DNA from: Gemmatimonadaceae bacterium
GTDB lineage: Bacteria; Gemmatimonadota; Gemmatimonadetes; Gemmatimonadales; Gemmatimonadaceae
Assembly (NCBI GenBank): GCA_033763905.1
Contig: JANRJP010000072.1
Span: forward strand, 1-64,000
Reading direction: 5' to 3'
Length of the DNA stretch: 64,000 nt
Below are positions 37,484 to 47,540 of this stretch, one piece after another; positions within the stretch are counted from its first letter, which is position 1, and each line of letters starts with the position of its first letter. Under the pieces are notes generated by a model. That model ran no database searches. It had not been told where the DNA came from and worked only from the letters and a program-made list of their open reading frames with translations. The translations under genes and the position numbers were made by a program.

Positions 37484-38695
37484 ATGCGACGCGTGCTGGC
37501 TGGGCTGCTGCTCCAGAGCGTGACGGTCACGGTGGGTGCACAACCAACGTTGACCGCCCGGATGGACGGGCAGCTCGCGCGACTGCAGCCGGCGCTGATC
37601 GCCTTCCGCCGAGATCTGCATCGGCACCCTGAGCCCTCGGGCGAGGAACGCCGGACGGCACAGCGGGTGGCCCAGCGACTGCGGCGACTCGGCCTCGAGG
37701 TGCGTACCGGTGTCGGCGGGCACGGCGTCGTCGCCGTGTTGCGGGGTGGCAAGCCGGGCCCCGTGGTGGCATACCGTGCAGACCTCGACGCGGTCCGCAC
37801 CGATGACCGGGATCCGGTGGCGTTCCGCTCTCGCCGAGCGGGCGTGCGCCACAGTTGTGGTCACGATGTGCATATCACTATCGGACTCGCACTGGCCGAG
37901 GCGTTTGGCGCCGTCCGCCGCGATCTGCCTGGCACAATCATTTTCGTGTTCCAGCCCGCCGAGGAGTCGGCCACCGGTGCATTGGCGATGCTTGCCGCCG
38001 ACGTCTGGCGTTCGGGCGAGCCGGCGGCGATCTATGCCCTGCACACCGCGCCGCTCCCTGTCGGCACGCTAGGCACCATTGCCGGCGACTTGATGGCGGG
38101 GCGGGATCATTTCACGGTGACCGTCAGCGGGGATCGCCATCTTGACGAGGCAGCTCGTGAGGTGCGACGCCGCATCGAGCAGCTGGGCACCGTGCCGCCC
38201 GATCAGGCCCTGCGCCCCGCCCCGCAGGACCTGGTCCTCGTCGAGCCGATCAGCGAACTAACGCGCGATGGCGTGCGCGAACTGCGGGGGCGGCTGTCCG
38301 CGACCTCGCTCAGCCGCCCGCGGGTGTCGGCGGGTCTGGATGCGCTGCGGAGCCTCGCGATACCGGGCGTGCGCATCGACGTGCAGTACACCCCGCGGGC
38401 CATTGCGGGCGTGACCAACGAAGCGGCACTCACCGTGCGCGCCGTGGAAGCCCTCGCGGGAGCGATCGGCGTATCGTCGGTGTTGTCGCTGCCGGAGATC
38501 GTGCCGGCATTCAGCGAAGACTTCGGCGCGTTTCAGGCGCGCGTGCCCGGTGTGTTCTTCTTTCTCGGCGTCAGCAATCCGGCGACGGGCACCGTGGGGA
38601 TGCCGCACACCGCCGACTACGTGGCGGACGAAGGGGCGATTCTGGTTGGCGCGCGCGCGATGGTCGCCGTGCTGCTGGATCGTCTGCAGCGTTAG
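37484..38695 (+). CDS. M20D amidohydrolase, exported
   Basis: RRDLHRHPE, YRADLDA, HSCGHDVH, FQPAEE, SEDF, MPH. Confidence 0.9.
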   Translation: MRRVLAGLLLQSVTVTVGAQPTLTARMDGQLARLQPALIAFRRDLHRHPEPSGEERRTAQRVAQRLRRLGLEVRTGVGGHGVVAVLRGGKPGPVVAYRADLDAVRTDDRDPVAFRSRRAGVRHSCGHDVHITIGLALAEAFGAVRRDLPGTIIFVFQPAEESATGALAMLAADVWRSGEPAAIYALHTAPLPVGTLGTIAGDLMAGRDHFTVTVSGDRHLDEAAREVRRRIEQLGTVPPDQALRPAPQDLVLVEPISELTRDGVRELRGRLSATSLSRPRVSAGLDALRSLAIPGVRIDVQYTPRAIAGVTNEAALTVRAVEALAGAIGVSSVLSLPEIVPAFSEDFGAFQARVPGVFFFLGVSNPATGTVGMPHTADYVADEGAILVGARAMVAVLLDRLQR

Positions 38696-38705
38696 GTCGC
38701 GCGCG

Positions 38706-39563
38706 TCAGCGCGTGGTGAACAAGGTCAGCACGAGCAGCACCAGACGATATCCCTGCACGCACCACAGGTGGAGGTACGCGATAAGGGCGGACTGCACGA
38801 TGGCGGATCGTCGATCGGCGCCGTACGCCTGACGCAGCAGCGGGATCGCCACCGCGAAGAGCGCGAGTTTCTGCAGCCAGGTCGAGATATCGTCGATGAG
38901 GCCCTCGTTCACGGGGGCCCCGCGAGCGGTCGCTACGACCTGCACTAGGGTAAAGGCCGGCAACATGATCGTTTGCACGGCCAGCAGATACGTCGTCAGG
39001 TGGAAACCGACCGTCAGGTGTACGACCGCCTGACGCGGACGTCCGAGCCGCACTGCCGTGATCAGCAACGTGACGAATGGGACCAGCAGGACGAGCAGCG
39101 ACTTGGCCGAGAGCTTGACCGCGTCGTTGAAGCGGCGCGCGTACGCCTCGAGTTCCGGGCCTTCGTACGGCAGTCCGAGTTGGTCGATCCGAATCCTCGC
39201 GATGAACCTCGCGAGTGGGGCATACGGGGACTGCGCCATATGACCCATAAACGGCGTGCTGTAGGTGTTCCAGTTGGTGATGCCCTGCTGCACGAAGAAC
39301 AGGACGTTCACCAGCAGGAACAGTTGTAGCGGATTGAGGAACGGCTTCCGCCGTCCTTCGAGATACGCGACGGTCAACTCACCGGGTCGGCGGACAAAAC
39401 TTGCCAGCGTCGCGAAGATGCGGCCGTCCCACGAGAACACGGATTCGGCGGCGGCTTCGGCATAGTGCTTGAGCGTCAGGTCCGACTCGACGAGCCGCCG
39501 CTCGCCGCAGGTACCGCAGAACGGCGTCGCCGCGTCTGCCCCGCAGCTTGGGCAGCGCCACAT
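38706..39563 (-). CDS. DUF3667-domain membrane protein
   Basis: CPSCG..FCGTCGE zinc ribbon; RPGELTVAYLEGRRKPFLNPLQLFL. Confidence 0.85.
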   Translation of the reverse strand: MWRCPSCGADAATPFCGTCGERRLVESDLTLKHYAEAAAESVFSWDGRIFATLASFVRRPGELTVAYLEGRRKPFLNPLQLFLLVNVLFFVQQGITNWNTYSTPFMGHMAQSPYAPLARFIARIRIDQLGLPYEGPELEAYARRFNDAVKLSAKSLLVLLVPFVTLLITAVRLGRPRQAVVHLTVGFHLTTYLLAVQTIMLPAFTLVQVVATARGAPVNEGLIDDISTWLQKLALFAVAIPLLRQAYGADRRSAIVQSALIAYLHLWCVQGYRLVLLVLTLFTTR

Positions 39564-40667
39564 TCAGTCGGTGCCTCCGCACGCGGCCAGGCTGAGGAGA
39601 TTGAACAGCAGTCCCGCCTGCTGCCACACCTCGCCGAACGCCACGTCGCCGCGATTCGTGAATGCGATCACGACGAGGCCGCGCGTTGGCAGGAGCACAT
39701 TGCGCACCTGGACGCCGTAGATGTCACCGCGCCGCTCGACGATCGGGAGCGGCGCGTGGCACCCCCGCAGCGTGGCGTCGAACGACCAGGCACCCAGCGC
39801 CGCGTAGCCGAAGCGGGGCTCGCCCTGCCACATCGTCGCTCGTGCTTCGGTCGACAGCGTGGGTCCGAGTAGCGCGCGATCGAAGGCCAGCAGATCCTCG
39901 ACGGTCCCCGTCATCGCGCCGGCCGACCCGTAGGTCGCGAGGTTGAATGGCGTGGACCCGCCCGTCGCGCCTGGATAGCCTCGCACGGCCTCTGGGCCAG
40001 CGACGGAACGTCCAAAGAACTCTCGCGCCAGATCCGCCGTGGACCGCCCCGTCACCGCGCGCAGGAGCGCGCCGAGGACGAGAAAGTCGCAATTGTTGTA
40101 GTCGAACGTGGTCCCCGGCGCCGCGGCGAGCGGCCCGACGCACTGGCGCGCCGCCGCCGCGTCGCCGACGACGCCGCGCCGGCGATACACGGACGGCACG
40201 CCATCGGCATCGGTCGGTCCGCGATCCGGGTTCAGCAATCCCGAGGTATGTTGCAGCAACTGTCGAACGGTGATTGCCTCTCGTCCGTCACCACGGAAGG
40301 CAGGAAAATAGCGAACCGCCGGCGAATCGAGCGCGATGCGTCCTCGATCCACTTCGCGCATCACGAGGGCGGCCGTCACCTGCTTGGACACGGACGCCCA
40401 TCGCCAGCGGGAACGCCGCGTGATCAGGCGACCCGTCCGTTGGTCGGCGACGCCCATCGCTCGGAGCAGCCGCACGCGGGTGGTGTCGGCGACCAGGACG
40501 GTACCGGAAAAGCCCGCGCGTGCGAGCGAATCGACGAACGCCGTGAGCGGTGCGGGCGGCAATGCCGCCGATTGGGCCCTCGAGCCGCCAGACCACGCGG
40601 CGGTCGCGACCGCAGCAACCGTCACGCGGCGCAGTCCCCACCCAATACAACTCGCGAGACGCGGCAT
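39564..40667 (-). CDS. Serine hydrolase, beta-lactamase/S12 family
   Basis: ASVSK, ITVRQLLQHTSGL, FDYNN. Confidence 0.9.
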   Translation of the reverse strand: MPRLASCIGWGLRRVTVAAVATAAWSGGSRAQSAALPPAPLTAFVDSLARAGFSGTVLVADTTRVRLLRAMGVADQRTGRLITRRSRWRWASVSKQVTAALVMREVDRGRIALDSPAVRYFPAFRGDGREAITVRQLLQHTSGLLNPDRGPTDADGVPSVYRRRGVVGDAAAARQCVGPLAAAPGTTFDYNNCDFLVLGALLRAVTGRSTADLAREFFGRSVAGPEAVRGYPGATGGSTPFNLATYGSAGAMTGTVEDLLAFDRALLGPTLSTEARATMWQGEPRFGYAALGAWSFDATLRGCHAPLPIVERRGDIYGVQVRNVLLPTRGLVVIAFTNRGDVAFGEVWQQAGLLFNLLSLAACGGTD

Positions 40668-40702
40668 ACGGGCAAACGCCGCGCGCGGACGGAGTGTTCC
40701 GC

Positions 40703-42799
40703 TTACGGCGCCGAGATGCGCACCGTCATCGGCAGCACGCGAACCGCGACGTCGCCACCGGCGGCGTTGCGAGCGCTCGTGATCGTGGCGGCAACAAGCG
40801 ATTCGACGGTCACACTGGTCGGCAGCGTTCGCAGGATGCCCAGCCCGAGCTGAAAGTTCGTCGTCGTCGCGTTCGGTGCCGAGCCCGTGAACCGCAGACG
40901 ACCTGCCGCGACCTGCGACACATCGACCGTCACCGTGGACGCAGCGCCGGCGCCATCGCGCCAGGATCCGGCGATCGGCATCTCGAATTCGAAGCGCGCA
41001 GGATCCCAGGTGAGCGTGACATCAAGGCTGCCAATGTCCGCTCCGTCGCGATTCGCGAAGTCGAGCGTCAGCGCGACTCCAAACGACTGGCCAACCGTGG
41101 CGTCGCGCACCGGGGTCGCCCCCACCAACAAGCGGATTCCCGGGGGCGGTGGCGCCACCGTGAAGTCGCGCGAGAAGCCGTTGGTCGCCAACGGCGCCGT
41201 AAAGACGAGCTGCACCAACCCAGGCCCTTCGATGGCCAGATTGGTGAAGGTCACGCGGCCATCGACCGCCGCCACCGTGCGCGTGCCGAACAGCGTCCCG
41301 CCGCCGGAGACCTGCGCGGTCACGGCGGTCGTGCCGCCCACCACGCGGAAGCCCGCCGCATCGCGAAGTTCCACCACCGGCTGCGTGGTGAACGCCACGC
41401 CCGAGACGGCCCCCGCCGGCTCGGTGATCACGTGCAGCGACGCCACCTCTTGCGTGATGGTGATCGGTGCCGTGGTGTCGGGCGCCAAGCCGGCCGAGCT
41501 GGCCACGATGCGAAACGTGCCGCCGCCGTTGATCTGCTGTCCTTGGAAAATCGCGCCGCCATTCACTGCGGTCTCGGTCGTGGTGCCCCCGAGCGTGCCG
41601 CCAGTCCCAACGAGCGCAATCGACACCGGCTGCGTGACTTCGACGCGGTCGCCAGCGCCGTCCACCAACTCCACGAGCAACGGATCGGTGAACCGCACGC
41701 CGGAACGACCGGCCGTCGGCGCGCTCCGAATCTTCACAGCGGTCGCCGTGGTGACGGCCGTGGCTTCGAACGGCACCGCCAGCGGCGCACCAACCACGCT
41801 CGCAAGCAGTCGGTACAGACCCTTGGAGGGACCCGCGATCCACTGGCCCGGCAATCGAGCGACGCCGTCAGTCCCTGTCAGCGCGATCGAGTCGCCGACG
41901 ATGCGCCCCACGGTGCCCTGCACCCGGAACAGGATACTGACGCCGGGCACGGGGTTCCCCGCCGCGTCGCGGGCCTGCACGCCAATACCCGGGACGGCCG
42001 TGCCGACGTCGACGCGGCGGGAGTTGCCATCGGTCGAGGTCAATTGCGCCACATCACCCGGCGCAACCACGAGATAGCTGCCCGTGCGCGAGAGCGGCGC
42101 GAGGACCACGCCGCGGCCGAGATCCACGGCGCTCGCGCCAATCGGCTCCAGGCCAGTCTCGGTCGTGACCCGAAACAGCCGAAGCCCCGGCCGCTTGCTG
42201 GCCGCAATGCCGGCCAGGTTCACACTGACTTCGGCCGTGAGCGGCGTGCCGAAGGTCACCCCCGCAGGTCCGATCGTGAACGCGGTGTTGGTGAGCAGAC
42301 GGGAGTCGTTCGTGATGACCACGCCTCGACCGACGGTGAGGGCCGCCAGCGTCGACGCGCCCGGCGGTACCGTCAGCCGTAGGGTATTGTCGAAGAAGGA
42401 CGCGGTGACGGCGCTCCCGGCGCCCGCGGCAGGTACCGACAACGCGACGCGCACATCGATCGCCACCTCGGCGGTCTGCCCCCCGGCCGCCGCCGCAATG
42501 ACCACGACGCCCGGCGCCACCGCGGTCACGAGTCCGGTCGACGACACCCGCGCGATGGCCGCGTCGGTGCTCGACCACGTGATGCTGCGCGACACGGCCG
42601 CCCCGCCGGCGTCGCGCGGCACGGCCGTCAGCTGCGCGGTTCCGCCGACCAGCACAACGTTGTCGGCGGGAACACCCGCGATGTCCACCCTCGCGATGGC
42701 GACGTCAGGAGCCGTGCTGCCGCCATCGCAGCCAGCGACGAGGAGGCCGAACCAGAGTCCGGTGCGGCGCGCGACGCGCGTGATCGAACGAGCAGGCAT
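40703..42799 (-). CDS. Surface lipoprotein with Ig-like (Big_2) and further beta-sandwich domains
   Basis: VAGC lipobox; ITWSSTDAAIARVSSTGLVTAVAPG; ZU5-like segment; repeated P.VVEL.DAAG; cohesin-like LTWDPARFEF end. Confidence 0.8.
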   Translation of the reverse strand: MPARSITRVARRTGLWFGLLVAGCDGGSTAPDVAIARVDIAGVPADNVVLVGGTAQLTAVPRDAGGAAVSRSITWSSTDAAIARVSSTGLVTAVAPGVVVIAAAAGGQTAEVAIDVRVALSVPAAGAGSAVTASFFDNTLRLTVPPGASTLAALTVGRGVVITNDSRLLTNTAFTIGPAGVTFGTPLTAEVSVNLAGIAASKRPGLRLFRVTTETGLEPIGASAVDLGRGVVLAPLSRTGSYLVVAPGDVAQLTSTDGNSRRVDVGTAVPGIGVQARDAAGNPVPGVSILFRVQGTVGRIVGDSIALTGTDGVARLPGQWIAGPSKGLYRLLASVVGAPLAVPFEATAVTTATAVKIRSAPTAGRSGVRFTDPLLVELVDGAGDRVEVTQPVSIALVGTGGTLGGTTTETAVNGGAIFQGQQINGGGTFRIVASSAGLAPDTTAPITITQEVASLHVITEPAGAVSGVAFTTQPVVELRDAAGFRVVGGTTAVTAQVSGGGTLFGTRTVAAVDGRVTFTNLAIEGPGLVQLVFTAPLATNGFSRDFTVAPPPPGIRLLVGATPVRDATVGQSFGVALTLDFANRDGADIGSLDVTLTWDPARFEFEMPIAGSWRDGAGAASTVTVDVSQVAAGRLRFTGSAPNATTTNFQLGLGILRTLPTSVTVESLVAATITSARNAAGGDVAVRVLPMTVRISAP

Positions 42800-42920
42800 T
42801 TCGGGTACCTAACGCGGTGCGCGGCGCAACACCACTGGGCAGCTGGCCGCGGTTCGGTCCCTGATACGGCTCCGCCGAGTCGATGACGCATCGGTGCGGG
42901 GCGCTTGTGGTGCGGACGCT

Positions 42921-43724
42921 CTACCGACGCACCTCCCGCGTCGTCGCGGCGTAGCGCCCGGGGGGCACGCCAACCGCACGGCGAAACGCAGCGACGAACG
43001 CGCTCGACGACGCGTAGCCCGTCTCGAGCGCGACCTCGGTGACGCTCGCTCCATCGGCGAGACGCGACATCGCCGCAATCATTACCGCCCGGCGGCGCCA
43101 CGCACCAAACGACATGCCCGTCTCGCCCGCGAAGAGGCGCTCGAGCGTCCGCACACTGGCGTGCGCCTCGCGAGCGAGCGCATCAGGCCGCCTAGCCAGC
43201 CCGACGTCACGCCGCGCGGCGCGCGCGGCGCGACGCGCACGGGGATCGCGCGGCATTGGCAACTCCGGCGGACGTGCCGAGGCGAACGCCGCCTCGGGCG
43301 CCGCGACGGCCGCGACTTCGTCAACGAGCAAGGTGAACAACCGATGCTCCGCAGGGCGCTGGCGGTCGAGCGTGCCCATCGCGCACATCCGCCGCAGGAT
43401 CTCTCGCAGCAGTGGCGTCACGGCGATCACCGACGGCATCCGCGCCAGTCGGCGAGTCGCGCGTGCGGCGACATAGACCTGACGCAGGGTACCGCGGCCG
43501 GACATTCGCACCGCGTGAGCGACGCGTGGCGGCACCCACAGTCCCTGCGCCGGGGAGATCACCCACACGCGAGAGTCGATCGCGACGGTGATGACGCCAC
43601 GCGATGCCCAGACCACGACCCCCCAGTCGAGCGCGTGTTGCTGCCACTCGTAGCCGGAGGAGAAGCCGATCGACATCGTTCGGACGATCGGCACGGCCCG
43701 CGTGACTTGGCGCGAAATCGACAT
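42921..43724 (-). CDS. AraC-family regulator (cupin plus HTH)
   Basis: WVPPRVAH; SVRTLERLF..ETGMSFGAWRRR; VTEVALETGYASSSAFVAAFRR. Confidence 0.92.
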   Translation of the reverse strand: MSISRQVTRAVPIVRTMSIGFSSGYEWQQHALDWGVVVWASRGVITVAIDSRVWVISPAQGLWVPPRVAHAVRMSGRGTLRQVYVAARATRRLARMPSVIAVTPLLREILRRMCAMGTLDRQRPAEHRLFTLLVDEVAAVAAPEAAFASARPPELPMPRDPRARRAARAARRDVGLARRPDALAREAHASVRTLERLFAGETGMSFGAWRRRAVMIAAMSRLADGASVTEVALETGYASSSAFVAAFRRAVGVPPGRYAATTREVRR

Positions 43725-43744
43725 TCTATGGCAACTTGTCGAAA
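43708..43744 (+). promoter_or_regulatory. Probable AraC-type operator: direct repeats TGGC-N6-TCGA with 21-bp period
   Basis: TGGCGCGAAATCGACA (43708) and TGGCAACTTGTCGAAA (43729), overlapping the araC-family start codon. Confidence 0.6.
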
Positions 43745-43819
43745 GCTACCGTCGAGCGCGAGCCCTAGCGTTGTGCGGAGTCTCCGGTCCGCCGCCACCT
43801 CGCTCCAGAAGCTCCGCCA

Positions 43820-44227
43820 ATGTCGAACGCCCGTCCCCCCGCCGTGGTCCGCCACTTCGCGATCAACGCCGATGACCCCGCCCGCGCGCAGGCGTTCTAT
43901 GCCAACGTCTTCGGCTGGAGCTTCCACGCGTGGGGACCGCCGGGGTTCTGGCAGATCGACACCGGGGCGACCGAGCCTGGGACACCAATGGGGGCGCTGC
44001 AGCAGCGCCGCACCCTGATCGAGGGCGAACGGATGACGGGCTTCGAATGCACCATTGCCGTGGCCGATGCCCGAGCCGCCGAGCAGGCCGTCGTCGCCGC
44101 CGGGGGGACGCTCTTGATGCCGCGGACCACGATTCCGAGGGTCGGCCATTTGTTCTGGTTCCGGGACCCGGAAGGGAACGTTGTTGGCGCGATGCAGTAT
44201 GACGTGCAGGCGAACGTGGACGACTGA
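43820..44227 (+). CDS. VOC/glyoxalase family protein
   Basis: HFAINADDPARAQAFYANVFGW ... FRDPEGNVVG. Confidence 0.9.
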   Translation: MSNARPPAVVRHFAINADDPARAQAFYANVFGWSFHAWGPPGFWQIDTGATEPGTPMGALQQRRTLIEGERMTGFECTIAVADARAAEQAVVAAGGTLLMPRTTIPRVGHLFWFRDPEGNVVGAMQYDVQANVDD

Positions 44228-44239
44228 GCCGGAGCAATC

Positions 44240-44701
44240 ATGACGGACAGCGGTGGACGAGTGGCGGGCTGGATGGTGGCGGTGACCCTGTGGCTGAGCA
44301 GTGCGGCCGAGGCGCAGTACCGGGCCAAGCCGCCCGCACCGCCGGCCCCTCCGGTGATGCTCGCGGTCCGCGAGGCACCTCGAGGCCCGGCAACGTCGCC
44401 GAGCCGCACGTCCGATGACCTGCGGCTGCTGCAACGGCCATCGAAGAACTGCCAGTGGATGGGTCCGTCGGACAACGCGGGCCCCTGCGCTTGGCGGGAC
44501 CACTTCGGTCCTCGGTTGCTGCCGCCGATGGGGCTCGAACGGGCGATGCTGACCGGGGTCGATTGGTTCGCCAGTACCAGCGGGACGACCGCCGAGCGGC
44601 AGGGAAGCGCGGCCCAAGTCCAACTGATGCACCGAGCACTGGAAGCGACAAGGGCCAAGGTCGACGCCGACTTCCGCGCGGCGGTGCGGCGCCGGCCCTG
44701 A
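44240..44701 (+). CDS. Hypothetical exported protein
   Basis: GGAG RBS; signal peptide ending AEA-Q. Confidence 0.5.
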   Translation: MTDSGGRVAGWMVAVTLWLSSAAEAQYRAKPPAPPAPPVMLAVREAPRGPATSPSRTSDDLRLLQRPSKNCQWMGPSDNAGPCAWRDHFGPRLLPPMGLERAMLTGVDWFASTSGTTAERQGSAAQVQLMHRALEATRAKVDADFRAAVRRRP

Positions 44702-44799
44702 GCGACGCGGCCGGATAGCCGACGTGATGGCGACGGGCTCGTAGATTCGGAGAGGCACCGGCGACGGCCGGCGAGCCAACGTCTCTGCCCCGCCCTCCG

Positions 44800-45873
44800 A
44801 TGCGTCGTCTGTTGTTCGCTTCCCTGCTCCTCGGCCCTGCTGCAGCGGCGCAAGAAGACACCACTGCGGGGCGAGTGCCTCGAGTCGTCGTGCCGCGCGA
44901 CTCCGCGCGTGTCGCCGCGCTGTACGTGAGCAACCGGCCCGAGGATCATCCGCCCGCGGACTACGCGCGCGCGATGCGAACCAAGGCCACGATCGACAGC
45001 ACGTACGCGGCACGGAGTACCGGCGTGATGCGGTACGAGAAGCGCAGTTACCGCAGCCGGCACGGCGATCTCGACATTCCGGTCTACGTGTTTTCACCGC
45101 TGGCGCCGTCGCGTGGCCCGCGCCCGGCATTGGTGTGGGTCCACGGCGGTGTGCACGGGACGTGGGACGTGCAGTACTTCCCGTTCGTGGTGGAAGCCAC
45201 GCGACGCGGGTACGTCGTCGTCGCGCCGGACTACCGGGGCTCCACCGGCTACGGAGAAGCGCACCACCGCGCGATCGACTACGGCGGCCGGGAGGTCGAT
45301 GATGTCGAAGACGCCCTCGACTTTCTCGCGACGATGCCGTCGGTCGATCGGCAGCGCGTCGGTCTGATGGGGTGGAGCCACGGTGGCTACATCACCGCCC
45401 TGCTGATGATGCGCGGCAGCCGGGCCCGATTCGTCTCCGGTGCGGCGATCGTCCCGGTGACGAATCTGATTTTCCGGTTGTCGTACAAGGGCCCGGGATA
45501 CCAGCGCAACTTCTCGACGCAGGACGGACTCCGCGGCCTGCCCTTCGAGAAGCGCGAGGAGTACATCCGACGCTCGCCGTACTATCACGTCGACAGCCTC
45601 GAGCGGCCGCTACTGGTGCATATCGCCAGCAACGACACCGATGTGAACTTCGAGGAGGCACGGCCGCTGGTGGATGCGCTGCTCGCGCGAAAGTCCGGGC
45701 TCGCCGAAGCGAAGATCTACTGGAATCCCACGCCGGGACCGACCAGCGTCGGCCACACGTTCAGCCGTCGCGTGAATCGCACGACGTTGGAACGCGAAGA
45801 CTCACCCGAACAGATCGACTCGTGGAATCGCGTCTGGGCGCTCTTCGAACGGACGCTCCAGCCGAACCGGTAA
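44800..45873 (+). CDS. S9 prolyl oligopeptidase-family serine peptidase, exported
   Basis: VWVHGG, PDYRGSTGYG, GWSHGG, ND, GH. Confidence 0.9.
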   Translation: MRRLLFASLLLGPAAAAQEDTTAGRVPRVVVPRDSARVAALYVSNRPEDHPPADYARAMRTKATIDSTYAARSTGVMRYEKRSYRSRHGDLDIPVYVFSPLAPSRGPRPALVWVHGGVHGTWDVQYFPFVVEATRRGYVVVAPDYRGSTGYGEAHHRAIDYGGREVDDVEDALDFLATMPSVDRQRVGLMGWSHGGYITALLMMRGSRARFVSGAAIVPVTNLIFRLSYKGPGYQRNFSTQDGLRGLPFEKREEYIRRSPYYHVDSLERPLLVHIASNDTDVNFEEARPLVDALLARKSGLAEAKIYWNPTPGPTSVGHTFSRRVNRTTLEREDSPEQIDSWNRVWALFERTLQPNR

Positions 45874-45883
45874 CCCCGCGTCG

Positions 45884-45914
45884 GGCGGCGCCGAGCCAAT
45901 CGCTCGGCGCCGCC
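45884..45914. terminator. Perfect 13-bp hairpin between convergent genes
   Basis: GGCGGCGCCGAGC-CAATC-GCTCGGCGCCGCC; no T-tract. Confidence 0.65.
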
Positions 45915-45922
45915 GCGACGAA

Positions 45923-47524
45923 TCACGGACAGCGCGCAAGTGCTACCGGACAACGCTCGGGATCGGGCGCGAGCGCGCTCGACGCCCCGCCGGGCCCACC
46001 GAACGTGTAGTTCGTCTTGCGCAGCGTGGCGAGTTCCGACCCCGGCACCGGCAGTTGCAGCGGGGTGAACTCCGGCAGGGTCTGCCAGCCGCGGGCATCG
46101 AAGAATGCGACCACACCATTGATGCCGGCGAGTTCAATCCCCTTTTCGTAGCGCAGCGCGTCCCACAAGCTGCCGCAGGCGCCCGATTGCTTGCGCGGCA
46201 CACAGCCCGGCGCATCAGGCGGCCCGTCGATCGTCACCGCCGGCAACTGCCCGTTCGCGACGCGCGACAGGTTGATCAGCGGAACCGCCTCGGCCGCGCG
46301 ATTCAGCCGGATCAACGCCTCGGCCTTCAGGAGATTCATCTCGGTAACCGTCATCGCCGGATTCGGCCCGACCTGCCACGTCGTGCCGGTGCCGTAGCGC
46401 AGGTAGTAGTAGTGCGAGAAGCGATACGTGCCGCGCGAGACCTGGAAGATGTTGTTGAGGTTGTACCCCATATAAATGCCCGGCGTCGCCGGACCACCCG
46501 CGCCCTGCAGGCGGCGATCCCGCGTCCGCATCTGGAACGGCTGCCGATTGGCCACCGGCGTGGCCACCCAATTCACCCAGCCGTTCGCGGAGTCCGCCGG
46601 ACCAATCAACCAGTAGCTCGGGCGCCCGAAATCGCTCGGCCGACCGGCGGTGCGCAGACGGGCGATCAGTCGCTTCCAGTCGTCGAACAGAATGTCCGCT
46701 TGCGCGACCGGAGCAAAGTCCTGCTGGATGCCGGCATCGACGCGACGGATCACCTCGTTCCAGTCCACGGCGGCCCGCTCCGTACGCGTGCGTGGTGCAC
46801 TCGCGAGAATGCGGGCGGCGTACGAGTTGGCGAGGCGCACGAACTGATCGCGCGTCAACGCCTGATAGAACCAGCTCTCTACCGGGAACGAGATGCCGGG
46901 CCGCGCCGTCGCCCAGGCAATCGACGTGTCGATCTGCGCGATGCCGCTGCGCACCACCTGCGGCCACGGCGTGAACGCCACGGTGGAGTCCGACGGCAGC
47001 GTGTCGAGATTCGTGCGCTCGTCGGTCACGATCGCCTGGTCGAAGTACAGGCCGAGGTGTCCATAGGCGAGCCCTTGCATGAACTTGGCCATCACGCGCG
47101 CCCGCGCAGTCCGTGTGGTGTCGACGATGACCAGCCCGCGATTGGTTGCGGCGAGCACGTCGTTCACGGCGGAGATCGTGCGATACAGGCCTTGCCACGG
47201 CGTCTCGTTCACCTGTCGGCGCACATTGACCGGACTGTTGTTCCACGCCGCGCGCGGTTCGGCGCTGAGTTCCAATTGTCCGAAGTCGGCGAAGCCCGAC
47301 GTCATTTCGCGGGCCATCGTCGAGAACGCCCACGAGGGGTAGTCATCGTGGCCGCCCACTGGATACCAGGTCCGGAACGATGACGCGACGAAGGATTCCG
47401 TCGTCAGCGGCTGCGTCGTGGCGCGGGCCGCGTCCGGCTGATTGGGATTCGTGACCGTGAGCTCCTGACACGCCGCGAGCAGGAGCGAGACGACCACCAG
47501 GCGACGAGCGATTCGAATACGCAT
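45923..47524 (-). CDS. RagB/SusD-family nutrient-binding lipoprotein
   Basis: LLAAC lipobox, NPN, EMNLLKAEALIR, LRYEKGIEL..FFDARGW; follows SusC. Confidence 0.88.
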   Translation of the reverse strand: MRIRIARRLVVVSLLLAACQELTVTNPNQPDAARATTQPLTTESFVASSFRTWYPVGGHDDYPSWAFSTMAREMTSGFADFGQLELSAEPRAAWNNSPVNVRRQVNETPWQGLYRTISAVNDVLAATNRGLVIVDTTRTARARVMAKFMQGLAYGHLGLYFDQAIVTDERTNLDTLPSDSTVAFTPWPQVVRSGIAQIDTSIAWATARPGISFPVESWFYQALTRDQFVRLANSYAARILASAPRTRTERAAVDWNEVIRRVDAGIQQDFAPVAQADILFDDWKRLIARLRTAGRPSDFGRPSYWLIGPADSANGWVNWVATPVANRQPFQMRTRDRRLQGAGGPATPGIYMGYNLNNIFQVSRGTYRFSHYYYLRYGTGTTWQVGPNPAMTVTEMNLLKAEALIRLNRAAEAVPLINLSRVANGQLPAVTIDGPPDAPGCVPRKQSGACGSLWDALRYEKGIELAGINGVVAFFDARGWQTLPEFTPLQLPVPGSELATLRKTNYTFGGPGGASSALAPDPERCPVALARCP

Positions 47525-47540
47525 TGGTCTCGTCTCGTGG

